From IMG/VR virus record IMGVR_UViG_3300035187_001477: DNA of 64,000 nt; one strand, written 5' to 3'. This document shows, one piece after another, positions 1-9,721 of this stretch. A program made the position numbers and the translations under genes. The notes under the pieces were generated by a model. The model had not been told where the DNA came from. It made no database searches and worked only from the letters and a program-made list of their open reading frames with translations. The stretch comes from an uncultured virus (IMG/VR IMGVR_UViG_3300035187_001477) (taxonomy: Duplodnaviria > Heunggongvirae > Uroviricota > Caudoviricetes > Crassvirales). Each line of letters begins with the position of its first letter. Position 1 is the first letter of the stretch.

Positions 1-412
1 CTGCAGTGGTGTTCACAGCAGTAACGATACCCTTGTTAGAAAGACCTGTAGCGTTGTCAGAAATAAATACAGTCTGACCGGCACGGATAGCAATACCACT
101 TACGTTAGCATCGCTTACAGTGATGGTTGCAGAATCTGCAGCAGCAGCCGCAGAAGAGTCGCAGTTTACATACTTAGTATGCAAACGTCCTTGTTCAGCC
201 CACTTAATCATATCAGAGTTAGAGGGCATTTCAGCTCCTACCAAACGAAGGAAAGAAGCTACAGTACGATTACCGTAACGCTCAAACTCCTTCTCATAAG
301 TATCAGGAAGATACTGATTCAAGAAGTTGAAGTTGGTAATGTAGTTAGTCGAAAGGGGCACTTGCTCCGCACTTGGCTGAAGCTGATACCCGGGTGATGG
401 TAATACTGCCAT
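1..412 (-). CDS. Major capsid protein, N-terminal part (runs off window start); diverged second copy of 62119..63540
   Basis: ATG at 412; translation MAVLPSPGYQLQPSAEQVPLSTNY... nearly identical to the N-terminus of the 473-aa ORF. Confidence 0.85.
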   Translation of the reverse strand, partial: MAVLPSPGYQLQPSAEQVPLSTNYITNFNFLNQYLPDTYEKEFERYGNRTVASFLRLVGAEMPSNSDMIKWAEQGRLHTKYVNCDSSAAAAADSATITVSDANVSGIAIRAGQTVFISDNATGLSNKGIVTAVNTTA

Positions 413-871
413 TGTTGTAAATTTTTAATTTATATTTTTTTAATGCTGCGGATTTTTAGACTCCTTCCGGAATCCGGTGCAACCGCCTTCACCTGCATCC
501 CCCCTTTATTTACAACTTCAGGCGCTCTACGCTCTGACATATTTATGTTTTTAGTCTTACGCATTACGTCCTCTGTTGCGTCTGCCTGTCCTTGTTCATA
601 GAAGTACTTGGCAAACCTATCAGGGTTCATCGCTATGGCTAAAGCCTTATGGTATCCTGCAGCGTCTTTAATCAGTCCGCTCTCATCCAAATACTTGTTG
701 ATAAAGTTTAGTGGAGTCGATTGAGACTTCTTTAACTCTGCAGCAGACCCGGGAGAAAACACAATCTTCTTGTCGTCAATGGCGAACTCAAAACCTTTGA
801 AGTCTTTACTAAAGACCTCCTCGGACTTTTGGTCAAACCATTTGCGCTTACGCTCGCTTTCCTCCTGCAAG
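1..871. repeat. Diverged direct repeat of 63129..64000 (first 127 bp identical)
   Basis: Direct comparison: 1-127 equals 63129-63255, then frequent, largely synonymous substitutions. Confidence 0.95.
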
Positions 872-1542
872 GTTTTTGCCTGTTGTGTATACTGACGGTA
901 CGCCTCAAACTCTTCATTATCCTCGGGAGATAAGCCATTTGCTCTTGACTCAAGAGGCAGCTTGTATTTCTCCTTCTGATCATTGAAGAAGCTCTTGGCT
1001 TCCGCAATAGCCTTTTTACGTGCAATCTTTACCTTCTTAATCTTGGACTCATCATCAATGTCTTCATCGTATTTGTAGTCCTCCATTAACACATCAATGT
1101 CTTCTTTATCAAGACCCTTCTGTGTGGTGGCAAGATATTCACGAAGAACTTGATCAGGGTCCATTGAATCGTAGTCCTTGTTAACCTTAACAAAGTCATC
1201 GAATCCACGCCCTGTCTCCTTCTTAAATTTCATATAAGCAGCCACATCTTCGGGAAGGGGCTCAGACTCTTGGCGTTCTGATACCAAATCATCGAAGGAG
1301 TTAATCTGCTTATTGTAGCGTTTTCCAATATATGAAAGAACTTGCTCCTCTGTTAGTTCAGGCTCCTGTGCCGGAGGCTCTTCTGTTTTATCAGCAGGAG
1401 GCTCTATGTTTGATGTGTCAATCTTGACATCATCTACAACCTCACCATTCAACTGCTTCTCGTGTTTCTCAAGAAGTTCTTTTTCAACTTCCTGTACACT
1501 TTTGCCCTCTGTCGCATCAAGTGCTCTTACTTTAATTTCCAT
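430..1542 (-). CDS. Putative capsid scaffolding protein
   Basis: 370-aa acidic, helical/coiled-coil ORF between portal and MCP. Confidence 0.65.
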   Translation of the reverse strand: MEIKVRALDATEGKSVQEVEKELLEKHEKQLNGEVVDDVKIDTSNIEPPADKTEEPPAQEPELTEEQVLSYIGKRYNKQINSFDDLVSERQESEPLPEDVAAYMKFKKETGRGFDDFVKVNKDYDSMDPDQVLREYLATTQKGLDKEDIDVLMEDYKYDEDIDDESKIKKVKIARKKAIAEAKSFFNDQKEKYKLPLESRANGLSPEDNEEFEAYRQYTQQAKTLQEESERKRKWFDQKSEEVFSKDFKGFEFAIDDKKIVFSPGSAAELKKSQSTPLNFINKYLDESGLIKDAAGYHKALAIAMNPDRFAKYFYEQGQADATEDVMRKTKNINMSERRAPEVVNKGGMQVKAVAPDSGRSLKIRSIKKI

Positions 1543-1563
1543 TAGATTAGATTTAATTTGTTA

Positions 1564-1571
1564 CAAATTTA
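1564..1571 (-). promoter_or_regulatory. Bacteroidota-type -7 promoter element (TAAATTTG)
   Basis: TAnnTTTG 21 nt upstream of the scaffold ATG. Confidence 0.55.
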
Positions 1572-1590
1572 TACAAAAATTGCGAAAGTT

Positions 1591-4026
1591 TTAGCGAGGT
1601 TCAAACTCCGCTAAGTCAAACCCATCAAGGCTGTCCTCATTGGACTCAAAGTCCATAGGGGGCAGATTGTTCTTCCTTTGGTTTATGAGCTTAGACTGTT
1701 CGCTATTCTGTTGACTTATACGTCTTGCCTTCTCCTTTTCCTTCATATCCTCCCTGCTCATTAAAGCGGACTCCTTAAGACCACCTAACTGCATTTGGTA
1801 TTGGAACTCCTCATTCATCAGCATCCGCTTCATATCAGCCTCAGCTTTAAGTCTCTCAATGTCAAATGCCACCTCAGCCTGCTTGATCTGCATCTTAGAC
1901 TGAGCCTCAAGCTGTATCTTTTGCATAGCTGTTTGAGCTGCAATCTGTTGAGCTTGAAGCTGTTGTTGAGCCATCATTGCCTGCTTCTGCATTTCCATCT
2001 TTTCCTCACGCTCCTGCTTCTTCATTCTCTTGACCTTTAGGAGTTGGTTTGCAAGCTTGATATTCTTAAGCTCACGTATGTCGATGGCATCCTCAAGATT
2101 GATGTCTCCCTTAGAAAGAGCCATTTGAATGTTAGCCTCGAGCTGAGCTTTCTGCTCTTCATCAGGAGACACTTCAATAAATACACCAAAGTCGTATATA
2201 TACAGGTCACTGATTTCGTGGAGTATAGATACGTTGTACTTTCCAATCTTGTTGGCAAAGTCATCTTTGAAGTCAGCATATTGTAAGATGTCTGCAACAC
2301 GGTAGGTAAGGGCTTCAGCAAGCGACCTATAGATGAATAAACCTCCTTCAAGAATGTGGCGTGTAGCCGTATTGGAGTTAAGTGCAGCGAGCTTTTGGAC
2401 CCCTACCAATGCGTTAGGGTCAGGCGTAGAGCCATCCCTCGCTTCATTCAGACCGGTTACCGATCTGATCATATCAAGGTAGTGATTGTAGTTTGCTATC
2501 AGCATCTGTGTCTTAGCAGCTCCTGAGTTGGAGGTAAGTTGCTGAATAGGAACCCGAGCGTTATTAAAGTCACCTTCTTGGGTATAGCTACGTCCAATGA
2601 CGCTACCCGTTTGGAAGTATAACCTTAAAGCATCCTCCGGGTTGTAAGCCTGTCCTGTTCCAAGGTCAACCTCATTGAGACCATCGGCATCAATGAATAC
2701 ACCATCGGGGACAGTACGAGCAATAACTTGTTGCAGCTTAAGGTGAGTAAGCTGAATCAGGTCAGCGAATGGTATCATTCTGCGGACGAGTGATTCAATC
2801 ACACCCTTATACATACGAGGTGCTACTGCTACATAATTAGGTAGTGCGTGTTGAGAAGTTGATTTAGGACGAACCATATTTTCAGCCATCTGCCACTTGA
2901 GCAAGATGTTGGTTCCCATCACCATCACACCCTCATACCACACATCAATAGTCTTTTCAATTTTTTCAAACTTTCCTTCCTCCATCATTTCAACAGGAGG
3001 ATTAAACTGATCATCCTTCTCAATTACACGAGAGCCACCTGTCTCAAGAATCTTTTTCTTGTAGACCATTTTCTTTGTGGTCTTGTAATTGAAGTAAAGG
3101 ATAGTTGCAGTATCACGATAGAACAAACTGTTCTCATAGAAACGTGCTACGTTGTAGTAGTCATACCAACTCTGAGAATACATTGAGATTTCTTGCAACT
3201 GCTCACGTGTGAGTGTTGGGTCAATCTTTACAAGCTCAGTAATTGGAAGCGTTTTAATTTCTCCCCAATAAAAACAATCTTGGAAGAATGGGTCTTCGGT
3301 ATAGCTGTATACTATATTCGCAGGGTCAACGTATGAAACTTGCACTCCTGCACCGGGAAGAAACTCGTGCTTAGCAACACCAATACCAAGAACAGCCAAG
3401 TCATAATCTATGCGCTTGCGTGTATCTTGATAGTGGTTTTCGTCAAATATTGTATTGATAGCTTCTTCTTCAGCAATCTCAATTGCAGGTTTGTAATTGA
3501 GTTGCATATAAAGTGAAAGCTCTTCGTCAGTTTCGGGGAGCTCATCAGGGTCCATTGTAAATGGGTCGACACCTGTTGACTCTTGTATTTGCATTAGCAC
3601 ATCTTTGGCAGCCATCTGCCCCTCAATCATATCTTGATACTTGCTGCGCTTTGCTTGAGACATTGCGTCTTGTGCGTATGCCTTTACTTTGAAAAGTCTG
3701 TCAGACATTCCGTTCACAACAATGTCTACAAACTTTGGAAGAATAGGTACGGGGGTCCAATCTAAATTCAAATAAGACAAGTCACCATCTATAGCAAGTT
3801 CATTCTTATACTTCTGAACAGACTGCTCTCCACGAGCGTATAATCTTAATCTATGAAAATCACGCCATTGACTGTAATACCTGCATTGATTGCCATCTTT
3901 GCGGAACCACTCGTATTGGATGGCTTGACCTACCTGTAGACCAAACGCATCAGAAGCTTTCTCTGCGTCAGAAACAAACTGACCCGGAAAGCCTGTTGCG
4001 GATATATTAACTTTTACATCTTTCAT
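1591..4026 (-). CDS. Portal protein
   Basis: 811 aa, follows the terminase, Q/M-rich C-terminal coiled coil typical of podovirus portals. Confidence 0.8.
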   Translation of the reverse strand: MKDVKVNISATGFPGQFVSDAEKASDAFGLQVGQAIQYEWFRKDGNQCRYYSQWRDFHRLRLYARGEQSVQKYKNELAIDGDLSYLNLDWTPVPILPKFVDIVVNGMSDRLFKVKAYAQDAMSQAKRSKYQDMIEGQMAAKDVLMQIQESTGVDPFTMDPDELPETDEELSLYMQLNYKPAIEIAEEEAINTIFDENHYQDTRKRIDYDLAVLGIGVAKHEFLPGAGVQVSYVDPANIVYSYTEDPFFQDCFYWGEIKTLPITELVKIDPTLTREQLQEISMYSQSWYDYYNVARFYENSLFYRDTATILYFNYKTTKKMVYKKKILETGGSRVIEKDDQFNPPVEMMEEGKFEKIEKTIDVWYEGVMVMGTNILLKWQMAENMVRPKSTSQHALPNYVAVAPRMYKGVIESLVRRMIPFADLIQLTHLKLQQVIARTVPDGVFIDADGLNEVDLGTGQAYNPEDALRLYFQTGSVIGRSYTQEGDFNNARVPIQQLTSNSGAAKTQMLIANYNHYLDMIRSVTGLNEARDGSTPDPNALVGVQKLAALNSNTATRHILEGGLFIYRSLAEALTYRVADILQYADFKDDFANKIGKYNVSILHEISDLYIYDFGVFIEVSPDEEQKAQLEANIQMALSKGDINLEDAIDIRELKNIKLANQLLKVKRMKKQEREEKMEMQKQAMMAQQQLQAQQIAAQTAMQKIQLEAQSKMQIKQAEVAFDIERLKAEADMKRMLMNEEFQYQMQLGGLKESALMSREDMKEKEKARRISQQNSEQSKLINQRKNNLPPMDFESNEDSLDGFDLAEFEPR

Positions 4027-6260
4027 TTAATAAGTTCACTTAGTGTTCCACTATTAGTGTACCTTGCGAAATTAATACTAATTTTCGACTCTTTTTTGTC
4101 AGGTAAATATACATTTTTTTGGTTTGCCATTATCGCTAAACCTGAACTAATTGTTGCGTCAAACTTAGTTCTGTCACTTATATCAAATCTCGCCCAATCT
4201 TCAAGCGTTCTTGTGAATGGCATTGTCCCTATCTCATCAGCCGGTCTATAGGTACTCGTTAGGTCAAAACCTATAAACTTCTCAATATATGTCTCAATAG
4301 CTGAAGCGTGTGCCTGCTTAACCTCTTCGGATGAGTTTGGTATACCACCAAGCTCTCTTTCGGTTTTGCTCAGCTTGTTGAGTGTACGATCAGGGCGGTT
4401 CATACAGAAGTGTCTATACCCCCTGTTCTTGAAATGGTATAGAAGTCTTGGCTTATTGTTCTCCGCAAGCATAGGCATACCATAAAACACGCAAGCCATT
4501 AGCACCTCCTCAAAGAATATCTCAGCCGTCTGAGGACGAGCTATGTATTCCAAGAAGAACTGATTGGTAGGAGCATCGTCCAAATGATACTTGGTCATAC
4601 CGTGCAAGGAACCGTTTGACCCCCTCCCACCAACTACCGCTGAGATGTCATACGGGTCACAGCCAAAGGATCCGAGGTGTTCATTGCCGGGGTACTTGGC
4701 TCCGCTCCTATTGATGACATTATTCTGCATATTAGTAGGTGGAACCCAACTGATTAAGAACCTTCCCCTTGGGTCAGGACTCCATATCACTCGGCTATCT
4801 TTCTCGCCATCCTTCCAATGGAATGTTCCACGTGAAACATTATGCGCCTGAATCTGTGAATCATTGTAGTCAATCTGATGATATATCTTGGTCAGGTTAA
4901 ATAGCGCCTGCTTACTCTCATCCCTGAAGGCGTGACTTTCGGTACGAGGGAATTGCCGGTAGAACTCATTGAGCGCATCAGCATCGTTTTTAAGCGACTC
5001 AACCTCAGCCTCCCAATAGTCAATGGCTCCGTTACGAATAGTCCCTCCATCTACTCCTCTTATAGGATCAGTAGGCTTACGTAGCACAGGCATCCCATAG
5101 ATGTCGATGAACCCTTCCATATTCCATTCCATAGGAATAAACAAAGAATAGAGTCCGCTTTTGGTTTGCCCGTTAGCGTTTCGACTATCCAATGCCGAAT
5201 CTTCGTACAATTTCTTATAGTTATCGCCACCCTTGCTTAGTGCATTGGAGGTGGACCCCATCATACACTTGCCAATAATCTTGCTACCCACCCTAAGACA
5301 GGTTTTGGTTACCCTCCAATTGTTCAGGATATTATTCGGCTTTACCCACTTTGCGCTCTCATCGTGCGCAAGAAACAGCAGCTTTTCACCGTCATAAGAG
5401 TTCTCCTCAGTGTTCTTCCAATCTATCGTGGTGTCAAGACCATCTACAGTCTGAGCATCAGACTGCGACATATTCTTCTTTGTAATCTTAGAAGCCGGTA
5501 CACGGTAGGCAAGCTCAGTCTTTGGCTTGTCCATCCCATCCATTACCGGACGGAAGAAGAATGGCAGCCTGCTGTTAATGGGTACAACCTTATCGGTAAA
5601 CATCTTCTTGGCATCAGCACCCGTCTTAGACAGGATACCAACCCTTGAATCCCTTGCAAGCGTGGCTATGTTTACGCACTCTGAGGATGCCATAAATGAG
5701 AATCCTGAACGCCTGATCTTGAGGTATATCATCCCAAAGCACCGGTGGTCAGCCTTACAAGCCTCCCAAAATATAAAGAAGATACGGTTGGCTTCCCTGA
5801 AGTCAGGATAGCCTACGTCAATACTTGACCATTGTAAGTACATATAGTGAGCCCCCGTGATGTAGGTAGGTGTGCCGTTATTCATAAACCACATACCCCC
5901 TTCCCGGTAATCAAACTCCTGTTCAATGTAATCTACCCACCGGTTCTTAAACTCGGTAGGCATATCGTTCCATTGGAATATAGACTGAATCTTGGCGAGC
6001 TCCTTGGGTAAATCTCTGCGCTCCCAATACTGCTCAGCCTTAGAGTTGTGTCTTTGAAGACACTCTTTAGGCGTTGCCGGTAGGGCAATAACTAACCCTG
6101 CGATATTGATAATCTCCCCAATCTGTCCCGTCTTGGAGATGACCACCATATCGTACTGCTCATTGTAACCATACTTCCAAGACCGAACTCCGTTCTTTTT
6201 GGATATGGCGTTCTGAGGCACATAGTCATTAACGACCCGATATAGACCTTCGTTCTGCAA
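4023..6260 (-). CDS. terL: Terminase large subunit
   Basis: Walker A-like LKIRRSGFS, Walker B LLFLAHDE, C-terminal nuclease motifs GCDPYD and KFDATISSG. Confidence 0.9.
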   Translation of the reverse strand: MQNEGLYRVVNDYVPQNAISKKNGVRSWKYGYNEQYDMVVISKTGQIGEIINIAGLVIALPATPKECLQRHNSKAEQYWERRDLPKELAKIQSIFQWNDMPTEFKNRWVDYIEQEFDYREGGMWFMNNGTPTYITGAHYMYLQWSSIDVGYPDFREANRIFFIFWEACKADHRCFGMIYLKIRRSGFSFMASSECVNIATLARDSRVGILSKTGADAKKMFTDKVVPINSRLPFFFRPVMDGMDKPKTELAYRVPASKITKKNMSQSDAQTVDGLDTTIDWKNTEENSYDGEKLLFLAHDESAKWVKPNNILNNWRVTKTCLRVGSKIIGKCMMGSTSNALSKGGDNYKKLYEDSALDSRNANGQTKSGLYSLFIPMEWNMEGFIDIYGMPVLRKPTDPIRGVDGGTIRNGAIDYWEAEVESLKNDADALNEFYRQFPRTESHAFRDESKQALFNLTKIYHQIDYNDSQIQAHNVSRGTFHWKDGEKDSRVIWSPDPRGRFLISWVPPTNMQNNVINRSGAKYPGNEHLGSFGCDPYDISAVVGGRGSNGSLHGMTKYHLDDAPTNQFFLEYIARPQTAEIFFEEVLMACVFYGMPMLAENNKPRLLYHFKNRGYRHFCMNRPDRTLNKLSKTERELGGIPNSSEEVKQAHASAIETYIEKFIGFDLTSTYRPADEIGTMPFTRTLEDWARFDISDRTKFDATISSGLAIMANQKNVYLPDKKESKISINFARYTNSGTLSELIK
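4824..4839. promoter_or_regulatory. parS-consensus site TGTTCCACGTGAAACA inside terL
   Basis: Exact match to the bacterial parS consensus TGTTNCACGTGAAACA; function unproven. Confidence 0.5.
6048..6063 (-). repeat. 16-bp palindrome GTGTCTTCAAAGACAC, copy 1 of 8 (inside terL)
   Basis: + strand reads GTGTCTTTGAAGACAC. Confidence 0.95.
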
Positions 6261-6513
6261 ATCCTTGTTTTGTATCTACTCTATTTGTTCCACTCTCAAG
6301 CATCTCAAGTGCCTCCCTCTCTGCCTCGATTCGGTTAAGAATCTCAAAGGCATCAAAGATGGCAAGCTTCTTGGTAGCGGCTGCGTTCTTTAGCCTGTCT
6401 GCCGCAAGCTCATCATCAGGATCAGGCTTGATAATATCTTCCTTAGCCACTTTGATGAGCTGCTCTACGGCTTGATGACCGGCTTCAATAATTTTTAATT
6501 TAATGTCCTTCAT
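6229..6513 (-). CDS. Conserved hypothetical protein, possibly terminase small subunit
   Basis: 94-aa helical ORF overlapping the terL start. Confidence 0.5.
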   Translation of the reverse strand: MKDIKLKIIEAGHQAVEQLIKVAKEDIIKPDPDDELAADRLKNAAATKKLAIFDAFEILNRIEAEREALEMLESGTNRVDTKQGFAERRSISGR

Positions 6514-6989
6514 TACTTCTCTCTTAAAAATGCGACCTGAATTAGACGAGAATTATCGTCTTGCCCAAAGTTCTCAAAAATATTTCTACTATGCGGAACC
6601 TTTGACTCAAATACAACCATACGGTTAAACTTTGAGTACATCACGCAAACCTTACGACCATCATCGTCATAGATGGTAGTGCCATCATCGTCAGGATGCG
6701 TATGGCTCAAATACAGGATAGCTGTAATGTCGCCCATCATCTCATCCGTATGGATGAAGTTTGGCTCCTCCTGACCTTCAGGAGACTTGCGTACAAAGTT
6801 CCAAGCTACTTCATAGGTTGGTCCAACAAAGTCAATTACTGTTTGCGCAAACTCATCATCGTGGTCACGAGGCTGAATATTTTGAAACACATTGACACCA
6901 TCGTATATGTCTACGAAATCGTTATCGAGTATGTCAGACACGTAGCCAATAGGTTCGTGGATAACATTATCCATTATGATCAGGTTCAT
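6513..6989 (-). CDS. 2OG-Fe(II) oxygenase-like protein
   Basis: HxD motif (FIHTD), AILYL, GT, FNRMVVF...HSR pattern of prolyl-4-hydroxylase-like enzymes. Confidence 0.7.
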   Translation of the reverse strand: MNLIIMDNVIHEPIGYVSDILDNDFVDIYDGVNVFQNIQPRDHDDEFAQTVIDFVGPTYEVAWNFVRKSPEGQEEPNFIHTDEMMGDITAILYLSHTHPDDDGTTIYDDDGRKVCVMYSKFNRMVVFESKVPHSRNIFENFGQDDNSRLIQVAFLREK

Positions 6990-7549
6990 AGTACTATGGT
7001 TATTTGGTGGTCATACATTCTATATAGCTTCTCTCCGTCTACCTCAAATTCATATTCGCTATCAGGCTTAAAGCAGACCTTGTCTCCCTGACGCACACCC
7101 TGTTCTATAAGGTAAGCGTTAGGGTAGACCATCTCACCCATAAGGGGCTCGTTGGTAAACGGCTTTTTGATATAAGACTCAGTAGCCGGTATGGGCTTGA
7201 CAAAGCAATACCTGTCGTAAGTATGCCACTTACCATCTTGCTTGTACAGAAAGAACTGATCTTCGTCTATCAAGAATACGTCATCACGAAAAAATGATCG
7301 ACCGCTTTTTTGGCGACCTCTCATATCATTATAGAACTTAAAGACGTTGTGATGCACGAGAAGTGTATCACCTTTTCTGATTGGACCATCGTACTTATAG
7401 GGGACCTCCTCAACAATGGCATACCGGTTAGAGAACTTGTGGTCCTCCTCCGATGTGTTGACGATAAGGTCAATACCACCTACTTGCTTGGTATTAGAAT
7501 ACCTTGTCCCTGCCTGTGGCTTTACAATGAAGTTAAATGGGGATTGCAT
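6986..7549 (-). CDS. Tandem GroES-like (double Cpn10-like) protein
   Basis: Two GroES-like halves: IRKGDTLLV and VRQGDKVCF...EFEVDGEKLYRM. Confidence 0.55.
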   Translation of the reverse strand: MQSPFNFIVKPQAGTRYSNTKQVGGIDLIVNTSEEDHKFSNRYAIVEEVPYKYDGPIRKGDTLLVHHNVFKFYNDMRGRQKSGRSFFRDDVFLIDEDQFFLYKQDGKWHTYDRYCFVKPIPATESYIKKPFTNEPLMGEMVYPNAYLIEQGVRQGDKVCFKPDSEYEFEVDGEKLYRMYDHQITIVL

Positions 7550-7776
7550 TAGTAGTGAATATTGTACTCAATGGATACAGGAATAGTGTGGCTAAACTCT
7601 TTCCACAACATCACCTCACTCTTATCGTTGATGATATATATTTTTATTGAACCTGTTTGAGGCTCAAACTTTATGAGGTGTATCTTATGCGTATTATCAA
7701 GTATGTCTTGTCCTACAAGGTAGTGCATAGCTCCATTCTTGTAGTCGGGACCTATTGATATTTTCCTTATATCCAT
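7549..7776 (-). CDS. Hypothetical protein
   Basis: 75-aa ORF in operon with an A/T-rich initiation region. Confidence 0.7.
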   Translation of the reverse strand: MDIRKISIGPDYKNGAMHYLVGQDILDNTHKIHLIKFEPQTGSIKIYIINDKSEVMLWKEFSHTIPVSIEYNIHY

Positions 7777-7809
7777 ATTTAATTAAATTTAATTTCATTA
7801 GAAGAACTA

Positions 7810-8046
7810 TTAGTACACTACTCCCAACTGCCCCGTGCCGGTAATACGGTACACTCGCCCTACAACCAAGCCACCTGCAATAGCAGCAGCATTGTTTGGA
7901 TATACAGGCACATTAGGAAGAGGAAGGCGCAAGATGTCGCCTACTGTAAAGTTCTTTGTTTTGTTTTGATCTTCAGCGTCAGTGCCAATGAGCTTATCAT
8001 TGTACGTTACGTTGTTGTCTGTTGCGTAGGAATTAATGTTTGGCAT
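7810..8046 (-). CDS. Small virion/tail-associated protein (start revised to 8046)
   Basis: N-terminus MPNINSY...DKLIGTDAEDQNKTKNFTVGDI resembles the N-terminus of the 2013-aa fibre (DLLIGTDVENFNNTKNFTLSEI). Confidence 0.6.
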   Translation of the reverse strand: MPNINSYATDNNVTYNDKLIGTDAEDQNKTKNFTVGDILRLPLPNVPVYPNNAAAIAGGLVVGRVYRITGTGQLGVVY

Positions 8047-8116
8047 ATTACAAATTTGAAATGAATGTGTTAAATGTTGATTCGTCTTAGGCAATAATTT
8101 ATCATTTGATTTAATT

Positions 8117-9367
8117 TTAGCAAGCTAATATATCACCACCTACTACATATTGTGTTATTCCAATATCAGTGTTATTGCTTACAACAGTGCTAAATTTATT
8201 GCCATTACCGCAATAGGCTGCGCTGTTAAAAGGACAATTGCCTCCCATCTGTGCATTATAGTAGTAAGTTGTTGAATTTGGGTCTCCAATACTAACATAG
8301 ACTGTATCTCCACTATTCACCGCAATAACATCAATTACACCGCAGTTATAACTAAAACTTGCTGCAATTGGATTCCAAGTGCTATTGTCTGTTGAGTAAT
8401 AAAGTACTCCAAAACTATTTGATAAGTCACCCATCACGCCATAAAAAGTAACATAAACAGTAAAAGTACAAGTATCAATAGCCACTACATCAAAATCATA
8501 TTCAGGAGCTGCCTGAGTTACAAGTATCCATTTGTTCAAGTAGTTAGAAAACAAATATGGATAGGTTGAACATATTGGAGGAGCAGCCCCACCTGTAGAA
8601 GAGCCATATAATTTTGATCCGGCTACGATAGGATTATCAGACGACCACAAACTCCAAGAAACAGTACCCCAATAAGTACAAGCATCTTGAGAATTTGCCC
8701 AACCTGCATAACTAAAGCACGCCTTGTTGTGAGAAAGGAATCCATTAGCATAATACTGATGAGTTCCTTCTACAGTAATATCAATAACTTCTCCGACAAT
8801 TGGCTCACCTATAGAGGTTATCTCTTCAATACCTTCATCGGTATTAACAAGAGACCCAATGGTCAATTCTGAAGCCAATACGATATTACCTTCTCCATCA
8901 ATAAACTGATGGGTATCAGAAACAAGTGCAATACGATTAGCTGTTGCGACAAAGAACTTAGGCTGCTGTTTGTACTCAATATATGATACAATGCCATATC
9001 CCAAGTCTGACTCAACTTCATCTCCAATCTTTAGGTCGCCTGCTCTTATATATCCATTCTTTCCTTGTAATCTTACTTCAGGATCAATACAACCTGAGCA
9101 ACACCCTTGATACCAAAATGTCCATTCGTACGGAGCACTTATGCCTGACTGCAAATCAGACTTAACCACAAGCTGATTGCTTGCCTTATTTGCATAAGGC
9201 GCATACCCTGTGTTTATATTCACATAGGTATTCGCATCAGCTTTTGTTATCTGTTCATTGCTCTCAGCAGGGATTGATGCTTTTTGTTGAAACACCCCCG
9301 TGTTGATAGCATTTTGCAGATTAGCAAACGATATAGTCTGATTGTTAGCTAATGTACTCCAAGGCAT
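8117..9367 (-). CDS. Probable virion protein with internal Hint (intein-like) domain, aa 93-214
   Basis: Cys1 in CIDPEVRL, LKIGDEV block, SDTHQF (block B), VIDITVEGTHQYYANGFLSHN followed by K. Confidence 0.8.
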   Translation of the reverse strand: MPWSTLANNQTISFANLQNAINTGVFQQKASIPAESNEQITKADANTYVNINTGYAPYANKASNQLVVKSDLQSGISAPYEWTFWYQGCCSGCIDPEVRLQGKNGYIRAGDLKIGDEVESDLGYGIVSYIEYKQQPKFFVATANRIALVSDTHQFIDGEGNIVLASELTIGSLVNTDEGIEEITSIGEPIVGEVIDITVEGTHQYYANGFLSHNKACFSYAGWANSQDACTYWGTVSWSLWSSDNPIVAGSKLYGSSTGGAAPPICSTYPYLFSNYLNKWILVTQAAPEYDFDVVAIDTCTFTVYVTFYGVMGDLSNSFGVLYYSTDNSTWNPIAASFSYNCGVIDVIAVNSGDTVYVSIGDPNSTTYYYNAQMGGNCPFNSAAYCGNGNKFSTVVSNNTDIGITQYVVGGDILAC

Positions 9368-9370
9368 ATA

Positions 9371-9721
9371 TTACACTTCAGGATTTGGTGCTGTTGGTGG
9401 TGTAGGAGGAATAGGGGGGAGTGGTGGTGTAGGAGGAACGTACTCACCTGTAATGGTAAGATTCAATTGCTCAGCAACCCAATCATAGGCGTAGTCATTT
9501 GTGTCCCAAGCCTGATAAGCGTCACCATCCATTATTAAATAATTCGTAACTAAAGTTTGAGTATAAGAATATTCCATACCGGGCATAGTAACTTCTCTCA
9601 ACAACTGATACTGAAAAGTAGCAGAACTTTGCAAGTTGTCATTTTGTGCAATAGCACTAAGTATGGTAGCTTGGACCTCTTGTCCGCTAAACCAAACCGT
9701 TACAGGACTAATTGTTTTCAT
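9371..9721 (-). CDS. Hypothetical tail-associated protein with Pro-rich C-terminus
   Basis: 116 aa, directly follows the fibre gene. Confidence 0.65.
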   Translation of the reverse strand: MKTISPVTVWFSGQEVQATILSAIAQNDNLQSSATFQYQLLREVTMPGMEYSYTQTLVTNYLIMDGDAYQAWDTNDYAYDWVAEQLNLTITGEYVPPTPPLPPIPPTPPTAPNPEV

